Notes: generated by a model from the letters alone, not told the origin. A DNA stretch of 64,000 nt from Spirochaetia bacterium (GCA_965208575.1 CBDBOV010000004.1:1056001-1120000); one strand, 5' to 3'. Positions 10,243 through 21,636 are shown, counted from the stretch's first letter. Program-made: numbers and translations.

Positions 10243-12174
10243 CTACCTGACTTGCCTCTGCTGCACCTTCCTCTCGGCGTCTCTTGGTCCCCGGCAGTCT
10301 CTGGACGCTCCCATTTCATGAAGGAACTGAGACGGTCTTTTGCTATAGCCGAAATAACACTGTGACCGAGTCATGGTTAGAGTCTCCTGTGCACGGGTTA
10401 TTGCTACAAAGCAGCTTCGTCGCTCTTCCTCCATTTGTCGGCTCTGTGGTCCCTCGCGAAGGGCTTGGAAGGAAGGAAACACCTCCTGAGCCATACCTAC
10501 CAAATAGACGTGCTTGAATTCCAGTCCCTTAGCACCATGCACCGTCATACAACGTAGCGAGTCGCCTGCGGGACGGGTGGCCTTCGACGCAAGATCAAAT
10601 TGCATCAGGTAGGAATGCAACGTAACGGTGCGGCCATACTCAACGGTGATTTCCTTGTGAAGAGCGTTCCAGGTAGCGATTTCATCCTCCATCAAGTCAA
10701 GATCGTCATCGCCAATCCACGAACGCCACCCCTCGTCGATGAACCAGTCAACTACGTCAGGAAAAGCAAGGGAGTCCACAAGATGCGTCTTGATCCGTTC
10801 CAGCGTCCCCGCTGATCGTCCGACGGCCGCATTGGTAGCCGCTTCAGTCCATGCTCTAAGGTAGTCACCGCCCACCAGCGCAGCGGCGGCCGCTATTGAC
10901 TCAGGCTCGTGCGTTATGCCCGACAGGTCCCGCCATGCTATGCAGAGCCTTCTAAGTATAGCACGGTCATGGCGAGCATTCGCCAATCGCAGCGCTTCGA
11001 CTAACACTCGCACAGAAGACGATTCAAAATCGTTTTTTCGTCGTGCTACATGTGCTTTCTGCCCAATATGTTGTAACACGACAGCGACTTCGTTGACTAA
11101 TCGCGACATGCGCCCAAGAACTACGCAATCTTCCGCTATAAGGTTGCGGTTGGATAGATCATGGGCAATGAATTCTGCTTCCAATTTCGGCGATCTAAAC
11201 GTGCGACACCGTACTACTCCATGAGACACACTCGTTGTAGCAAGTGAAGAAATGGGGAGCTTATCAGTGACTCTACGTAAATTGTGGGAGATCAGCAGAT
11301 TCGCGTAAGCAACGACCGGTGCTGGACAACGGTAACACTCAGGAAGTTGCACGATCGCCATCCTATAGTCGCGGCGCAATGCATCCAGTCGTTGCGGGCT
11401 AGCCCCATTCCACTGGTATATGATCTGGTCGTCATCCGCCACGACGAACAGATCGCAACCGTCTACTGGTACGATAAGACGCAACAAGTCGTATTGTGCC
11501 CGATTGGTGTCTTGGAACTCATCCACACAGACACTGGTCCAACCCAGACGCAGAACCCGCCCTACGCCGGGTGTCTCTTCAATGAGACGGCGTGCAAAAT
11601 GTATGAGACTCCCAAAATCCAAACGATTTCCGTCCACCAGGGCCTTACAGTAGCCCTCGTATAGCAGTGGCACCCATGGCGGAGTGATCGCCAGCGAGGG
11701 GACGACGCCGCCGCCGTCATAAGACTCGGCAAATAGACGGTCGACAAACGATAGCAGATTCTTACGATCCATGGGCACCGAATTACCGTGTTCTTCGAGC
11801 TGCGCAATGACCATTTCGAGAATCGCGATACGGTCTTCATCCTGAGTGAGCAGGCTAAAGTCTGGCTGAAGCCCCAAATGGCTGCCGTGCTGTCGGAGAA
11901 CTTCTGCAGCGAATGAATGGAACGTGCACAGGTGCACGCGCTCTCCGCTTTCGCCTAACATTCGGCCAACACGCTCCCGCATTGCGGCGGCCGCAACATT
12001 GGTGAACGTTAGTGCTAACACGGACGCGTGCTCGTTCTTTTCGATAGTGCGGACCACGCGAAGCGTTAGGACCTCGGTCTTTCCAGAACCCGGCCCCGCG
12101 AGCACGAGCAGGGGCCCGTCATGCCACTCCAATGCCCGGCGTTGGTTCATATTGAGCGACTCGTAGCCGATCAT
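10243..12174 (-). CDS. UvrD/Rep-family helicase (GajB-like)
   Basis: AGPGSGKT, TFTN.AA, TFHSF, DEFQD, TVHGAKGLEF, EERR..FVAITRA; ATGA overlap with the upstream OLD nuclease. Confidence 0.88.
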   Translation of the reverse strand: MIGYESLNMNQRRALEWHDGPLLVLAGPGSGKTEVLTLRVVRTIEKNEHASVLALTFTNVAAAAMRERVGRMLGESGERVHLCTFHSFAAEVLRQHGSHLGLQPDFSLLTQDEDRIAILEMVIAQLEEHGNSVPMDRKNLLSFVDRLFAESYDGGGVVPSLAITPPWVPLLYEGYCKALVDGNRLDFGSLIHFARRLIEETPGVGRVLRLGWTSVCVDEFQDTNRAQYDLLRLIVPVDGCDLFVVADDDQIIYQWNGASPQRLDALRRDYRMAIVQLPECYRCPAPVVAYANLLISHNLRRVTDKLPISSLATTSVSHGVVRCRTFRSPKLEAEFIAHDLSNRNLIAEDCVVLGRMSRLVNEVAVVLQHIGQKAHVARRKNDFESSSVRVLVEALRLANARHDRAILRRLCIAWRDLSGITHEPESIAAAAALVGGDYLRAWTEAATNAAVGRSAGTLERIKTHLVDSLAFPDVVDWFIDEGWRSWIGDDDLDLMEDEIATWNALHKEITVEYGRTVTLHSYLMQFDLASKATRPAGDSLRCMTVHGAKGLEFKHVYLVGMAQEVFPSFQALREGPQSRQMEEERRSCFVAITRAQETLTMTRSQCYFGYSKRPSQFLHEMGASRDCRGPRDAERKVQQRQVR

Positions 12175-13859
12175 CTGCGTTCACCCCGTGCCAACTCAAC
12201 GACTATCGTTAGCACTCGCCGAATCTCTTCCGTTACACCAGGCCTGCCGCGTCGCTCCATCTCTATGGCTACTTCAGCCGCTGCCCTAGTCTTAGCACGG
12301 CTCGGAAGATGCCGAGCGTATTCACCCCAAAACCCTGGATCATCGGACGATTTCACAATCCTAGCTAGGTTCTGCTGCGGCATGTGTCCTTGATATACGC
12401 CATCGTAGCCGTTCGCCAACAGGTGAGTTTCGATGTCCGGGTAGGGGAACGCAACCCGATCCTCGGCTCTTGCCCGACCCAGATTCGCCATCACCCTCGG
12501 CTCCGTGTTGCTCCGTTCGTCATCGTCATCGCCGACACAGTACCAAGCAATTCCCAACGCACTTGCTACCTTGGCCATTAAGCCTACGTCCGCTTGCCGA
12601 TACTCGACCAGACGAACGCCCTCGCGATGTACATTCAATCCCAACGCGCGGGCGGCCGCGGCGAACACCCACGTCTCAGTTTCCCCTTCCACGAGAAGCC
12701 AGCAACGCGCAAATAGCAACTCCCCCCTCGCATGACGGACGTGATAGTTGAACTTCCTCTTCTCTTCGGAGGACAGTAGGTCGTTTGGCACGCGAAACGA
12801 TCTAAGACCGTGAGCAGTACGGGCCAATCGCCGAATGTCCCCAACATCGACCTCCGCGATGAAGTCGCCACTGTGCGTAGAGACCAGTTTCTGTCCACCC
12901 AGGTCTCCAACGAGTTGCCACAGGGCACGGATCGCGGATGGGTGTAGATGGGCCTCTGGTTCCTCTAACGCAACGATGGGAGCGCCCTCCGGCCATGCCT
13001 TCAGGAATGCTGCGAACAACATCAACACGGAGAGACTCTGTGTACCTTCGCCGTGTCTCCCCACTGGAATCTTCGCGCCTGACGTAGTCCCAAGGTGTAA
13101 CTGCGCCTTGGCAAGCATGTCGAACATACGGCCAGGGACCGCTTCGATGGAAACTACTTCCTCAGAGGCCAACGGAACAACGTCTTGTACATGACTGAGC
13201 CCCTCTTGAACCTGCTCGAAGCTCTCATGTGAACTCACGATGAGTTCATTTACTTCGCGAAGCTTGCTCTCGATCTCCGCTTTCTTGCTGGAGGAGAGCT
13301 GAGAGTCTCTGAGAAACGGCCGCCAGAATGGGCCTCTTGCATCAAAATGATGTGCAGCGTCACGAAGCGCGGTCAAGTAGAAGTAGGAAACCTCCTGTTG
13401 TAGGCTCGTGAGCGCACGTGCATCTGCGGCCATTGGCTCTCCGGCCAAGTTCAGAAACGTCCAATTCTGCACAAATTCTCGTTCATCTGATGCATAGGAA
13501 CACATGACACGCAACTTCACTTGGTTGCGACCACCTTCGATCTGGAGGATCCGATTGCGGTTCAGGCGACCAAGCAACTCGTCGTTCCACTCGCCGTTCG
13601 TTTTTTCCGAAAACAGGATTTCGATCTTGATAGGGTCTGCAGATGACGGGTCTGTTCCTGCGTCCGGCAGATGGAAGTCCAAAGCGTCAAACACCACCCG
13701 GCGACGGGGACCAAGATCGCGAAGGCACAGCCGCAGGGCGTCCAGCACTGATGTCTTGCCGGTATTGTTCTCCCCGATCAAAACCGTTACTTGGCCCAGA
13801 TCGAGGTGTAGCTCGCTGATTCCCCTGAAGTTCCAGATATCTATGGATGTAACTCTCAT
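12171..13859 (-). CDS. OLD-family ATP-dependent nuclease (ABC ATPase + TOPRIM; GajA-like)
   Basis: NFRGI, GENNTGKTS, LEEPEAHLHP, STHS, TOPRIM LVEGETE and GDDD. Confidence 0.88.
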   Translation of the reverse strand: MRVTSIDIWNFRGISELHLDLGQVTVLIGENNTGKTSVLDALRLCLRDLGPRRRVVFDALDFHLPDAGTDPSSADPIKIEILFSEKTNGEWNDELLGRLNRNRILQIEGGRNQVKLRVMCSYASDEREFVQNWTFLNLAGEPMAADARALTSLQQEVSYFYLTALRDAAHHFDARGPFWRPFLRDSQLSSSKKAEIESKLREVNELIVSSHESFEQVQEGLSHVQDVVPLASEEVVSIEAVPGRMFDMLAKAQLHLGTTSGAKIPVGRHGEGTQSLSVLMLFAAFLKAWPEGAPIVALEEPEAHLHPSAIRALWQLVGDLGGQKLVSTHSGDFIAEVDVGDIRRLARTAHGLRSFRVPNDLLSSEEKRKFNYHVRHARGELLFARCWLLVEGETETWVFAAAARALGLNVHREGVRLVEYRQADVGLMAKVASALGIAWYCVGDDDDERSNTEPRVMANLGRARAEDRVAFPYPDIETHLLANGYDGVYQGHMPQQNLARIVKSSDDPGFWGEYARHLPSRAKTRAAAEVAIEMERRGRPGVTEEIRRVLTIVVELARGERR

Positions 13860-14095
13860 GCACCACTCCGGGAATGCTTCGTGTCAAGCATGCCGGGAGG
13901 CGTGAAGCTGTCAGTCTGCCTCATCGTTCTTCAATGCCCCAACTCCGCCCGACGTCGACCAACGCGGTGTGTGCAGATGACCCGCGGCTGGCCTGAGTCA
14001 GTCGTCTCGAATGTATACGAACCGCAAGACTGCATCCAACCCCGGCAGTCGCTGCGGACAGGTGCCGACCCGAACGAGTCGTTGCGGGGTGGTGG

Positions 14096-14728
14096 TCACC
14101 GCGGGGGGAGGTGGCCGTTGCCTTCTATGCGGCGTGCGCGGCGGCGGCTCTCCCTGCGCTCCCGCAGGCGCGTCTCGAACGCCTTGCGCAACGCGCGCAG
14201 GCGGGCGTCCGGGTCGGTGAGTTCCAGGAACTGCTGCTTGCGAACCAGCGACAGATCGCTGAAGTAGGCCAGGTAGAAGGACGCCACCGTCGCCGAACAC
14301 TCCTCCAGGTCCGCTTCCGGAAGGTTGCCCGGCGTCGATTCGTAGATCTCGCGGTACAGATCCATGCAGCGCGTCACCAACTTCCCGCCGGTGCCGGCGG
14401 CTTCGTCGCCGAAGTAGCTCACCTGCGCCTGCAGATACGCCTCGTCGGTGACCAGCCGGGCAATGCGGAAGCGGCGCATGCCGACCGTCAGGATGTCCAT
14501 GCGGCCGTCGTCGTAGCGCCGGATTACCTTGACGATCTTGGCCGTGCACCCCACGCGCGCCACGCCCTCCTTGCCGGCGCATACCATGCCGAACACGCCC
14601 TCGCCGGCGAGCGCCGCGGCCACCATCTCCTTGTAGCGCTCCTCGAAGATGTGCAACGGCAGCGGCGCACGCGGATACAACACCACGTTGAGCGGGAACA
14701 GCGGCAGTGTCGCGTCAGGCTCCGGCAT
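14096..14728 (-). CDS. LON peptidase substrate-binding-domain protein
   Basis: LPLFPLNVVLYP...LPLHIFEERYKEMV, GCTAKI, DGRMDI. Confidence 0.85.
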   Translation of the reverse strand: MPEPDATLPLFPLNVVLYPRAPLPLHIFEERYKEMVAAALAGEGVFGMVCAGKEGVARVGCTAKIVKVIRRYDDGRMDILTVGMRRFRIARLVTDEAYLQAQVSYFGDEAAGTGGKLVTRCMDLYREIYESTPGNLPEADLEECSATVASFYLAYFSDLSLVRKQQFLELTDPDARLRALRKAFETRLRERRESRRRARRIEGNGHLPPR

Positions 14729-14851
14729 CGCCCCTCACCCGCTTAGCATAGCACGCCCGCCGCACGCGTGCCCCGCGTGCCTGGCGACGGCGGCGAGCAC
14801 CTGGCGCAACGCCGCCGGAGGGCGAGCGGCACCAGCTTCGGCATCGCCGTG

Positions 14852-17800
14852 CTACACCAGGGCGCCGAGCTTTTCGCTCAGGAATTCACTCTTCTCCCGC
14901 AGGCCGATGCCGCCGGTGTCGATCAGCAGGCAGTTGGGGCGCGCCGCATCGAGGCGCACGCTGCCGCCGCTGTCCGCGATCAGGCGCGTCACCTTCTCCA
15001 CCGACACCTGCTGCAGCCGGGCAAACTCCACCCGCACCACGCCGCGCTGCTCGCGCAGGGAGGCCACCGCCAGGCGCCGGCAGGCGATGCGGATCTCGGC
15101 GATCGACAACAGGCTCAGCACCACGTCTGGCAGCGGCCCGAAGCGGTCTATCAGCTCGCCGTGCACCCGCTCCAACTCGGCCGCCGCCGTCACGGCAGAG
15201 ATTTTCTTGTACACCTCCATCTTCACCACCGGCTCGGAGATGTAGTCGTCCGGGATATAGCCGGAGTACTCCAGTTCCAGGTAGACGTCGGGAACGTCCA
15301 GGTCCGCGCGGCGCCCGTTGCCCCCCATCGCGGCAATCGCCTGGTCGAGCAGGCGCACGTACATGTCGTAGCCCACCGCCAGGATGTCGCCCGACTGCTC
15401 GCCGCCGAGCAGGTTGCCGGCGCCGCGCACCTCCAGGTCCTTCATCGCCACCTTGAAGCCGGCGCCCAGTTCGGTGAAGTCGGAGATGATGCGCAGCCGC
15501 TTCATGGCCAGCTCGGTCAGCGCATGGTCCCTGGGATAGAACAGGTACGCGTATGCCGGCTTGCCGGAGCGCCCGACCCGCCCGCGCAACTGGTAGAGCT
15601 GCGCGATGCCGAACATGTCGGCGCGATCGATGACGATGGTGTTGACGTTGGGAATGTCGAGCCCGTTCTCGATGATCGTGGTCGTCACCAGCACTTCGAA
15701 TTCGCCGCCGACGAAGCGGTGCATCACCTCCTCCAGGTCCGCCTCGCCCATCTGGCCGTGCGCGAACTCGATGCTCGCCTCCGGCAGCAGGCGCACCAGG
15801 AAGCTCATGATCTCGCGGATCGAGCGCACCCGGTTGTGCAGGTAGAACACCTGCCCGCCGCGTGCCAACTCCTTGCGTATGGCGTCCGCGACCAACTCCT
15901 CGTCGAACTCCTGGATGAAGGTCTCGATCGGCAGCCGATTCTGCGGCGGCGTGGTGATGAGCGACATGTCGCGAATCTTGGTGAGCGACATGTGCAGGGT
16001 GCGCGGAATGGGCGTCGCGGTCAGCGTCAGGCAGTCGATGTTGGCCTTCAGCTCCTTGAGGCGCTCCTTGTGCTTGACGCCGAAACGCTGCTCCTCGTCG
16101 ATCACCAGCAGGCCGAGGTTCTTGAACTGCACGTCCTTCTGGATCAGCCGGTGGGTGCCGACCACCACGTCGACGCCGCCCGCCCCGACCGCCGCAACCA
16201 CCGTGCGCTGCTCCTGCCGGCTGCGAAACCGCGACAGCATCTCGATCTTGACCGGGAACGCCTGGAACCGCTCCAGGAAGGTCTCGAAGTGCTGCTCGGC
16301 CAGGATGGTGGTCGGCGTCAGCACCGCCACCTGCTTGCCGCCCATCACCGCCTTGAACGCCGCGCGCAATGCCACCTCGGTCTTGCCGAACCCGACGTCG
16401 CCGCAAACCAGCCGGTCCATCGGGCTCGGCGCCTCCATGTCCGCCTTCACCTCTTCGATGCAGGTGATCTGATCGTCCGTCTCCTGGTAGGGGAAGCCGG
16501 CCTCGAACTGCGCCTGCCAGTCGGTGTCGTGGTCGAACGCCGTGCCCTGCACCCGCTTGCGGCGCGCGTAGAGCTGGATGAGCCGCTCGGCGAGTTCCTC
16601 CACCGACTTGCGCACCTTCGCCTTGCGCGACTCCCACGCCTTGCCGCCGATGCGGTCGAGCTTCGGGGCGCGGCCCTCCTTGCCCACGTAGCGCTGTACC
16701 AGGTTGACCTGCTCGATCGGCAGGTAGACGTGCTCGTCGCCGCCGAACTCCAGGTCGATGTAGTCGCGCTCGTTGCCGAGCACCTTCATCCGCTCCAGGC
16801 CGTGATACTTGCCGATGCCGTAGTTGACGTGCACCACGTAGTCGCCCTCGGACAGGTCCACGAACGAGTCGATCGCCTCGCTCTTCGCCGCCGCGGCCTC
16901 GCGCGGAATGCGCCGCTTGCGCCCGAAGATCTCGTTCTCCTGGATCACCACGATCGCGGCGTCGGGGAGGGCAAAGCCGGCGCTGATGCTCTGCGGGAAG
17001 ATGCGTACCTGGGCACTGCGCCCGAGTTCGCCGAGCAGCGCGGCGAGGCGCTGTGCCTGGTGCTCGTACACGGCGAAGATCAGCACCTCGTTGCCGCTCG
17101 CGACCAGGCGCCCCACCTCGTCGCGAAAATAGGGAATGTTGCCGAAGAACGAGCGCGGCGGATCGCACGGCAGCCGCAGCCGCGGCTCCGGCGGGGCGCC
17201 GAATTCCACCCCGGAGGCGCTCGGGGCAAGTTCGTGCACCGCGACGCGGCGCGGATGACCACCGACCAGGCGGTGGTAGTCAAGCAGGAACGACTTGGGG
17301 AGCGGCCCGAAGTGACCGCCCGCCATCGCCTGCCGGTACAGCGCCTGGTATTCCTTGCGCACCGCGTCGAACGTGGCCGCCAGGCGCTCCTCCCCGGCCA
17401 GCACGAGCAGCGCTTCGGACGGCAGGATCTCCAGCAGGCTGGCCGGCTCGGCAAAGCACAGCGGAAAGAACATCTCGGCGCCGCGCGCGTCGGGGTCGCG
17501 GCGCACCGCGTCCAGGAACAGCTCGCGCCCCTCCTCCGGCAGCGACGGCTGCGCCAGGTTGGCGGCCAGCGTGTCCAGCTCCGCGCCCGCCATGTGCACT
17601 TCGCGCGCCGGGTACACCGCGGCCTCCGGCAGCGCGGCCACCGAGCGCTGCGTGGCCGGCTCGAATTCACGCAGTTCCTCGACCGTGTCGAAGTCGAGCA
17701 CCGCGCGTACCGCGTGTTCGCGGTCGTAGGGGTAGACGTCGATCACCTCGCCCTTGACCGAGAATTCGCCGTGGATGGAGACGCGCGGCACGCGCACGTA

Positions 17801-18559
17801 GCCGAGCGTCACAAGCTGTTCCTCCACCTCGATCGGATCCAGGTAGCTGCCCACCACGACGCGGAACACCCGCTCGCGCAGGTAGTGGGCCGGCGGCACC
17901 GGGGTGAGCAGTGCGCGCAGCGAGGTGACCACGATGTCGACCTGCTCCGGTGCGGTAACCAGCTCGGCGAGCACGCCGGCGCGCTCGCCGAACACCGCCG
18001 GCAGCGGCGACGCGCTCGCATACGGCAGCAGCCCCCACCAGGGGAAGCGCCGGATCCGGTTGCGCGGGGTCGCGGCGCCCGCGGCGGGCGCCGCGACGGC
18101 GTGAGTTGGACGCCCGTTCGCGATCACCGGGTCGGCGGAAAACGCCGCCTCCGCGGCGGCCGCGCCGCGGGCATGAAGCGCAGCGCCCGGCGACCCGGTC
18201 CGCGCCGCCGGCACGGATGCGGTGCCCGGGGGACGCGCCGGCAGCCCGCCGCCGGCAACCGACTCCGCGGTCAGGCCCAGGTCGGCGGCGAGCAGGTCCG
18301 CTTCCTGCTCGGTCGGGGTCACCACCACCAGCGGCCCATCCGCCGCTTCCCGCAGCCAGTGCATCAGCAGCGCGGCGAAGCCGCCCTGCACTCCCTCGAT
18401 GGCGGCGGGCAACTCGCCGCCGGCGACCCGCCGCAGCAGCTCCCGCGGCGCCTCCGCCCCCGCCACGCTCCTGCGCACCAGCCGCGCGAGCTCGATCCCG
18501 CCCGGCGGCCGCGCCGGCCCCCGCCGCGGCGCCTTCCGGCGGCGCCTGCGCTTACTCAT
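14852..18559 (-). CDS. mfd: Transcription-repair coupling factor
   Basis: GDYVVHVNYGIG, CGDVGFGKTEVA, IDEEQRFGVKHKE, TATPIPRTL, QLRGRVGRS, DLEVRGAGNLLG. Confidence 0.95.
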   Translation of the reverse strand: MSKRRRRRKAPRRGPARPPGGIELARLVRRSVAGAEAPRELLRRVAGGELPAAIEGVQGGFAALLMHWLREAADGPLVVVTPTEQEADLLAADLGLTAESVAGGGLPARPPGTASVPAARTGSPGAALHARGAAAAEAAFSADPVIANGRPTHAVAAPAAGAATPRNRIRRFPWWGLLPYASASPLPAVFGERAGVLAELVTAPEQVDIVVTSLRALLTPVPPAHYLRERVFRVVVGSYLDPIEVEEQLVTLGYVRVPRVSIHGEFSVKGEVIDVYPYDREHAVRAVLDFDTVEELREFEPATQRSVAALPEAAVYPAREVHMAGAELDTLAANLAQPSLPEEGRELFLDAVRRDPDARGAEMFFPLCFAEPASLLEILPSEALLVLAGEERLAATFDAVRKEYQALYRQAMAGGHFGPLPKSFLLDYHRLVGGHPRRVAVHELAPSASGVEFGAPPEPRLRLPCDPPRSFFGNIPYFRDEVGRLVASGNEVLIFAVYEHQAQRLAALLGELGRSAQVRIFPQSISAGFALPDAAIVVIQENEIFGRKRRIPREAAAAKSEAIDSFVDLSEGDYVVHVNYGIGKYHGLERMKVLGNERDYIDLEFGGDEHVYLPIEQVNLVQRYVGKEGRAPKLDRIGGKAWESRKAKVRKSVEELAERLIQLYARRKRVQGTAFDHDTDWQAQFEAGFPYQETDDQITCIEEVKADMEAPSPMDRLVCGDVGFGKTEVALRAAFKAVMGGKQVAVLTPTTILAEQHFETFLERFQAFPVKIEMLSRFRSRQEQRTVVAAVGAGGVDVVVGTHRLIQKDVQFKNLGLLVIDEEQRFGVKHKERLKELKANIDCLTLTATPIPRTLHMSLTKIRDMSLITTPPQNRLPIETFIQEFDEELVADAIRKELARGGQVFYLHNRVRSIREIMSFLVRLLPEASIEFAHGQMGEADLEEVMHRFVGGEFEVLVTTTIIENGLDIPNVNTIVIDRADMFGIAQLYQLRGRVGRSGKPAYAYLFYPRDHALTELAMKRLRIISDFTELGAGFKVAMKDLEVRGAGNLLGGEQSGDILAVGYDMYVRLLDQAIAAMGGNGRRADLDVPDVYLELEYSGYIPDDYISEPVVKMEVYKKISAVTAAAELERVHGELIDRFGPLPDVVLSLLSIAEIRIACRRLAVASLREQRGVVRVEFARLQQVSVEKVTRLIADSGGSVRLDAARPNCLLIDTGGIGLREKSEFLSEKLGALV

Positions 18560-18886
18560 GACAGCTCTTCAACGTGCCGACCATCCCGTGGAGCATGGAA
18601 GTGCCCCCCGGCAAGCGCCGCAGCATCGGCGTCCGGTCCGGAGAGCGCCCGAATATATCACCTCGTCACTGCCGCCTTCAACGCCCGCTGCCTGGCACCG
18701 GCAGAGCAGTGAACGCGGTGCGGTGTCCCCAACAGGCGCGGCCGGCCCACTCGCACCGAACGGGATGAGTCCCGCCGGCAGTGGTAATCACCAGGGCATA
18801 TCGTATACCCGCACAATATGCTTGTTTCATAAATACTGATCGTTTGTTAAAATTTGCGTGCTACACTGGGCGAATTGGAGGTGGTT

Positions 18887-20305
18887 GTGGCGGTGTCAGG
18901 CAATCTTCGGGTCATAGCCGTTCAGTCGCGGGTCCTGGGCATCCTGGCGATCGCAGTTGGTCTGCTCGGAGCGTGCGGCGCGTTGGGACCGCCATCGACC
19001 GACGAGACGCCAGCCGCACCGGCAGCGCCCCTGTTGTCCGAGGCAGCGCGACGCCAGGACGGTGTGACGGTGACGTGGACGCCCCCGGCGACCAGCGAGT
19101 CGATCACCGGTTTCGAGTTGCAGTGGCGGTCCCGCACCGACACGGCCTGGACCTCGATCACCGGCATATCGAGTTCCGCTACCAGCCACACGATCGACGG
19201 ACTGCAACCGGACGTTACCTACGAGGTGCGGGTGCGCGCGCTGTTCGCCGCGACCGTTGGCGCCTGGTCCGAGTCGATCACCGTGTCGACCACGGCGGCC
19301 GCGGCGCCCGAGGCACCGTCGCTCGCCGCGCCCATGGCACGCTCGAACAGCATTACGGTGAGGTGGACGGCACCGGCACCGAGCGAGTCGATCGCCGGCT
19401 ACGAGTTGCAGTGGCGGTCCCGCACCGACACGGCCTGGACCTCGATCACCGGCATATCGAGTTCCGCTACCAGCCACACGATCGACGGACTGCAACCGGA
19501 CGTCACCTACGAGGTGCGGGTGCGCGCGCTGTTCGCCACGAGCGTCGGCGCCTGGTCCGCCGTGATGACGGTGCCAACTGCGCCGACGCCCACCGCTCCG
19601 CCGCCGCCATCGCCCACCGCTCCGCCACCGCCATCGCCATCGCCCGCCGCTCCGCCACCGCCGGGCCCGCCCCGGGTTGCACCGAGGGTTTGCCTCACCA
19701 ACACGCATCCGAACAGCATTACGGTGACGTGGACGGCGCCGGCAACCACCAAACCGATCACCGGCTACGAACTGGAGTGGCGGCCCCTCTTCTACTCGAC
19801 AAAGTGGAACGTGATCAGCGGCATTGCGAGCACCGAGAACCGTTTCGCGATCACCGGACTGCGACTGGGGTTCTTCTTTGCCGTAAGGGTACACGTATGG
19901 CACGAGAACGAGGCAGGTCCCTGGTTGGACGGCCGGTGGTGCTCGATTCTCGAGGAAGGCACCACGCCTCGATTCAAGAGCTTCCATGTTGCTGCCTCAG
20001 ACACCCCGGTTTCGGAAGCGGCTGCCGAATACCGCTTCAACATAATCTCCTTCTACAGGCCGGAAGAACACTACCCCGTGATGGTCAAGTATCGCCTGAC
20101 CGAGACCGGTGACATGCTGCATTCGGCGGGCGAGCACACTGCGACACTTTCACGTATGGGCTCCAATTACGTCGTAGTCCGGTTGGTCGACGACGACGTT
20201 GTCGAAGCGGACAGTACGGTTACCGTCACCATCCTTCCCGGTCCCAGGTATCACGTCGGCACACTCAATTCGTATACGTTCACGGTTACCGACGACGATG
20301 ATTGA
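18887..20305 (+). CDS. Lipoprotein with three fibronectin type III domains, Pro-rich linker and a Calx-beta-like C-terminus
   Basis: Lipobox LGAC; three W.xP...GY/FELxWR...GL...VRV units; [16 protein letters not shown] tail; GGAGG RBS at 18877. Confidence 0.75.
   Translation: MAVSGNLRVIAVQSRVLGILAIAVGLLGACGALGPPSTDETPAAPAAPLLSEAARRQDGVTVTWTPPATSESITGFELQWRSRTDTAWTSITGISSSATSHTIDGLQPDVTYEVRVRALFAATVGAWSESITVSTTAAAAPEAPSLAAPMARSNSITVRWTAPAPSESIAGYELQWRSRTDTAWTSITGISSSATSHTIDGLQPDVTYEVRVRALFATSVGAWSAVMTVPTAPTPTAPPPPSPTAPPPPSPSPAAPPPPGPPRVAPRVCLTNTHPNSITVTWTAPATTKPITGYELEWRPLFYSTKWNVISGIASTENRFAITGLRLGFFFAVRVHVWHENEAGPWLDGRWCSILEEGTTPRFKSFHVAASDTPVSEAAAEYRFNIISFYRPEEHYPVMVKYRLTETGDMLHSAGEHTATLSRMGSNYVVVRLVDDDVVEADSTVTVTILPGPRYHVGTLNSYTFTVTDDDD
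19094..19559 (+). repeat. Near-identical internal duplication encoding Fn3 domains 1 and 2
   Basis: 19094-19271 matches 19382-19559 (288-bp offset) with only a few mismatches. Confidence 0.9.
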
Positions 20306-20478
20306 CGGTCCCGCGAGCGCGGGCTGCCCGATTCGGGCCGCGTCATCCGCAGGCACGGACCACACCGCGCACGGCCGCGCTTGTCCCGTCCAGCGTCTCG
20401 CCGACGACTGAGTCGGTCTGGTGGACGACCGAGTCTCCTTGCCGAGACGGGTCCGCGCCGCTACTCTGGCGAGCACCA

Positions 20479-21636
20479 ATGCAGCAGCGTGGCAGTTACC
20501 GGTTTACCTCAGAGAGCGTGGGCGAAGGCCACCCCGACAAGTTGTGCGACCAGATTTCCGATGCGGTGGTGGATGCGGCCCTGGCCGAGGACCCCGCCTC
20601 CCGGGTGGCGTGCGAGACGTTCGCCACCACCGGGCTGATCGTGGTCGGCGGCGAGATTCGCACCGGCGGCTCGCCGGACCCGCAGCAGCTCGCGCGCGAG
20701 GTGCTGCGCGATGCCGGCTACGACGACCCGTCGCTGGGCATCGACTACGAGACCTGTGCGGTACTCAACGTCATGCACGCGCAGTCGCCGGACATCGCCC
20801 GCGGGGTGGACGGCGGCGCCGGGAAGCAACAGGGAGCGGGCGACCAGGGGCTGATGTTCGGCTACGCCTGCTCCGACACGCCGCACCTCATGCCGGCGCC
20901 GATCGACTTCGCGCATGCGATCATGCTGCGCGCGGCGCAGGTTCGCAAGAGCGGCCGGCTGCCGTTCCTCGGCCCCGACGGCAAGTGCCAGGTGTCGGTC
21001 CGCTACGAGGCCGGGCGCCCGGCGGCGATAGAGACGGTGGTGCTTTCCCATCAGCACCGCGACGACGTCGGCCACGAGCAACTCAGGGAGGCGCTGGTGG
21101 AAGAGGTGATCAAGGAGGCGCTGCCGGCGGCGATGCTCGACGGCGGCGTGACCTACCTGGTCAACCCGACCGGGCGCTTCGTGGTGGGCGGGCCGCACGG
21201 CGACTCCGGCCTCACCGGGCGCAAGCTGATCGTCGATACCTACGGCGGCAAGGCGCGCCACGGCGGCGGCGCATTCTCCGGCAAGGATCCCTCCAAGGTG
21301 GACCGCTCCGCCGCCTACATGGCGCGCTACGTGGCCAAGAACATCGTCGCCAGCGGGGTGTGCGCCGAGTGCGAGGTACAGATCGCCTATGCCATCGGCG
21401 TGGCGGAACCGGTGTCGCTGTACGTGCACACGTTCGGCACCGCAACCGTCACCGAACAGCGCATCGAAGACGCGGTGCGCGAGCTGTTCGACCTGACCCC
21501 AGCCGGCATCATCGCCCGGCTCGACCTGGCCCGGCCGATCTACCGGCGCACCGCCAGCTACGGCCACTTCGGACGCGACGGGTTCTCGTGGGAACGCACC
21601 GACCGCGCCGCTGCGATTCGGGACGCCGTGTCTTGA
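20479..21636 (+). CDS. metK: S-adenosylmethionine synthetase
   Basis: [47 protein letters not shown]. Confidence 0.97.
   Translation: MQQRGSYRFTSESVGEGHPDKLCDQISDAVVDAALAEDPASRVACETFATTGLIVVGGEIRTGGSPDPQQLAREVLRDAGYDDPSLGIDYETCAVLNVMHAQSPDIARGVDGGAGKQQGAGDQGLMFGYACSDTPHLMPAPIDFAHAIMLRAAQVRKSGRLPFLGPDGKCQVSVRYEAGRPAAIETVVLSHQHRDDVGHEQLREALVEEVIKEALPAAMLDGGVTYLVNPTGRFVVGGPHGDSGLTGRKLIVDTYGGKARHGGGAFSGKDPSKVDRSAAYMARYVAKNIVASGVCAECEVQIAYAIGVAEPVSLYVHTFGTATVTEQRIEDAVRELFDLTPAGIIARLDLARPIYRRTASYGHFGRDGFSWERTDRAAAIRDAVS

Noticed and set aside
14768-18712. 1314-aa ORF antisense to mfd, and similar long shadow ORFs (for example 6532-8286, 44755-46536, 54071-56548, 60627-62819)
   Set aside because: They mirror well-supported genes on the opposite strand, as expected from high-GC codon bias, and show no recognisable motifs
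19094-19559. Fn3 duplication considered as a DGR template/variable repeat pair
   Set aside because: Both copies are in-frame within one gene, differences are few and not clearly adenine-specific, and there is no reverse transcriptase in the window
20306-20478. Possible SAM riboswitch upstream of metK
   Set aside because: A CGTCTCG/CGAGACG stem exists, but I could not see SAM-I or SAM-II consensus motifs; an Rfam search would be needed
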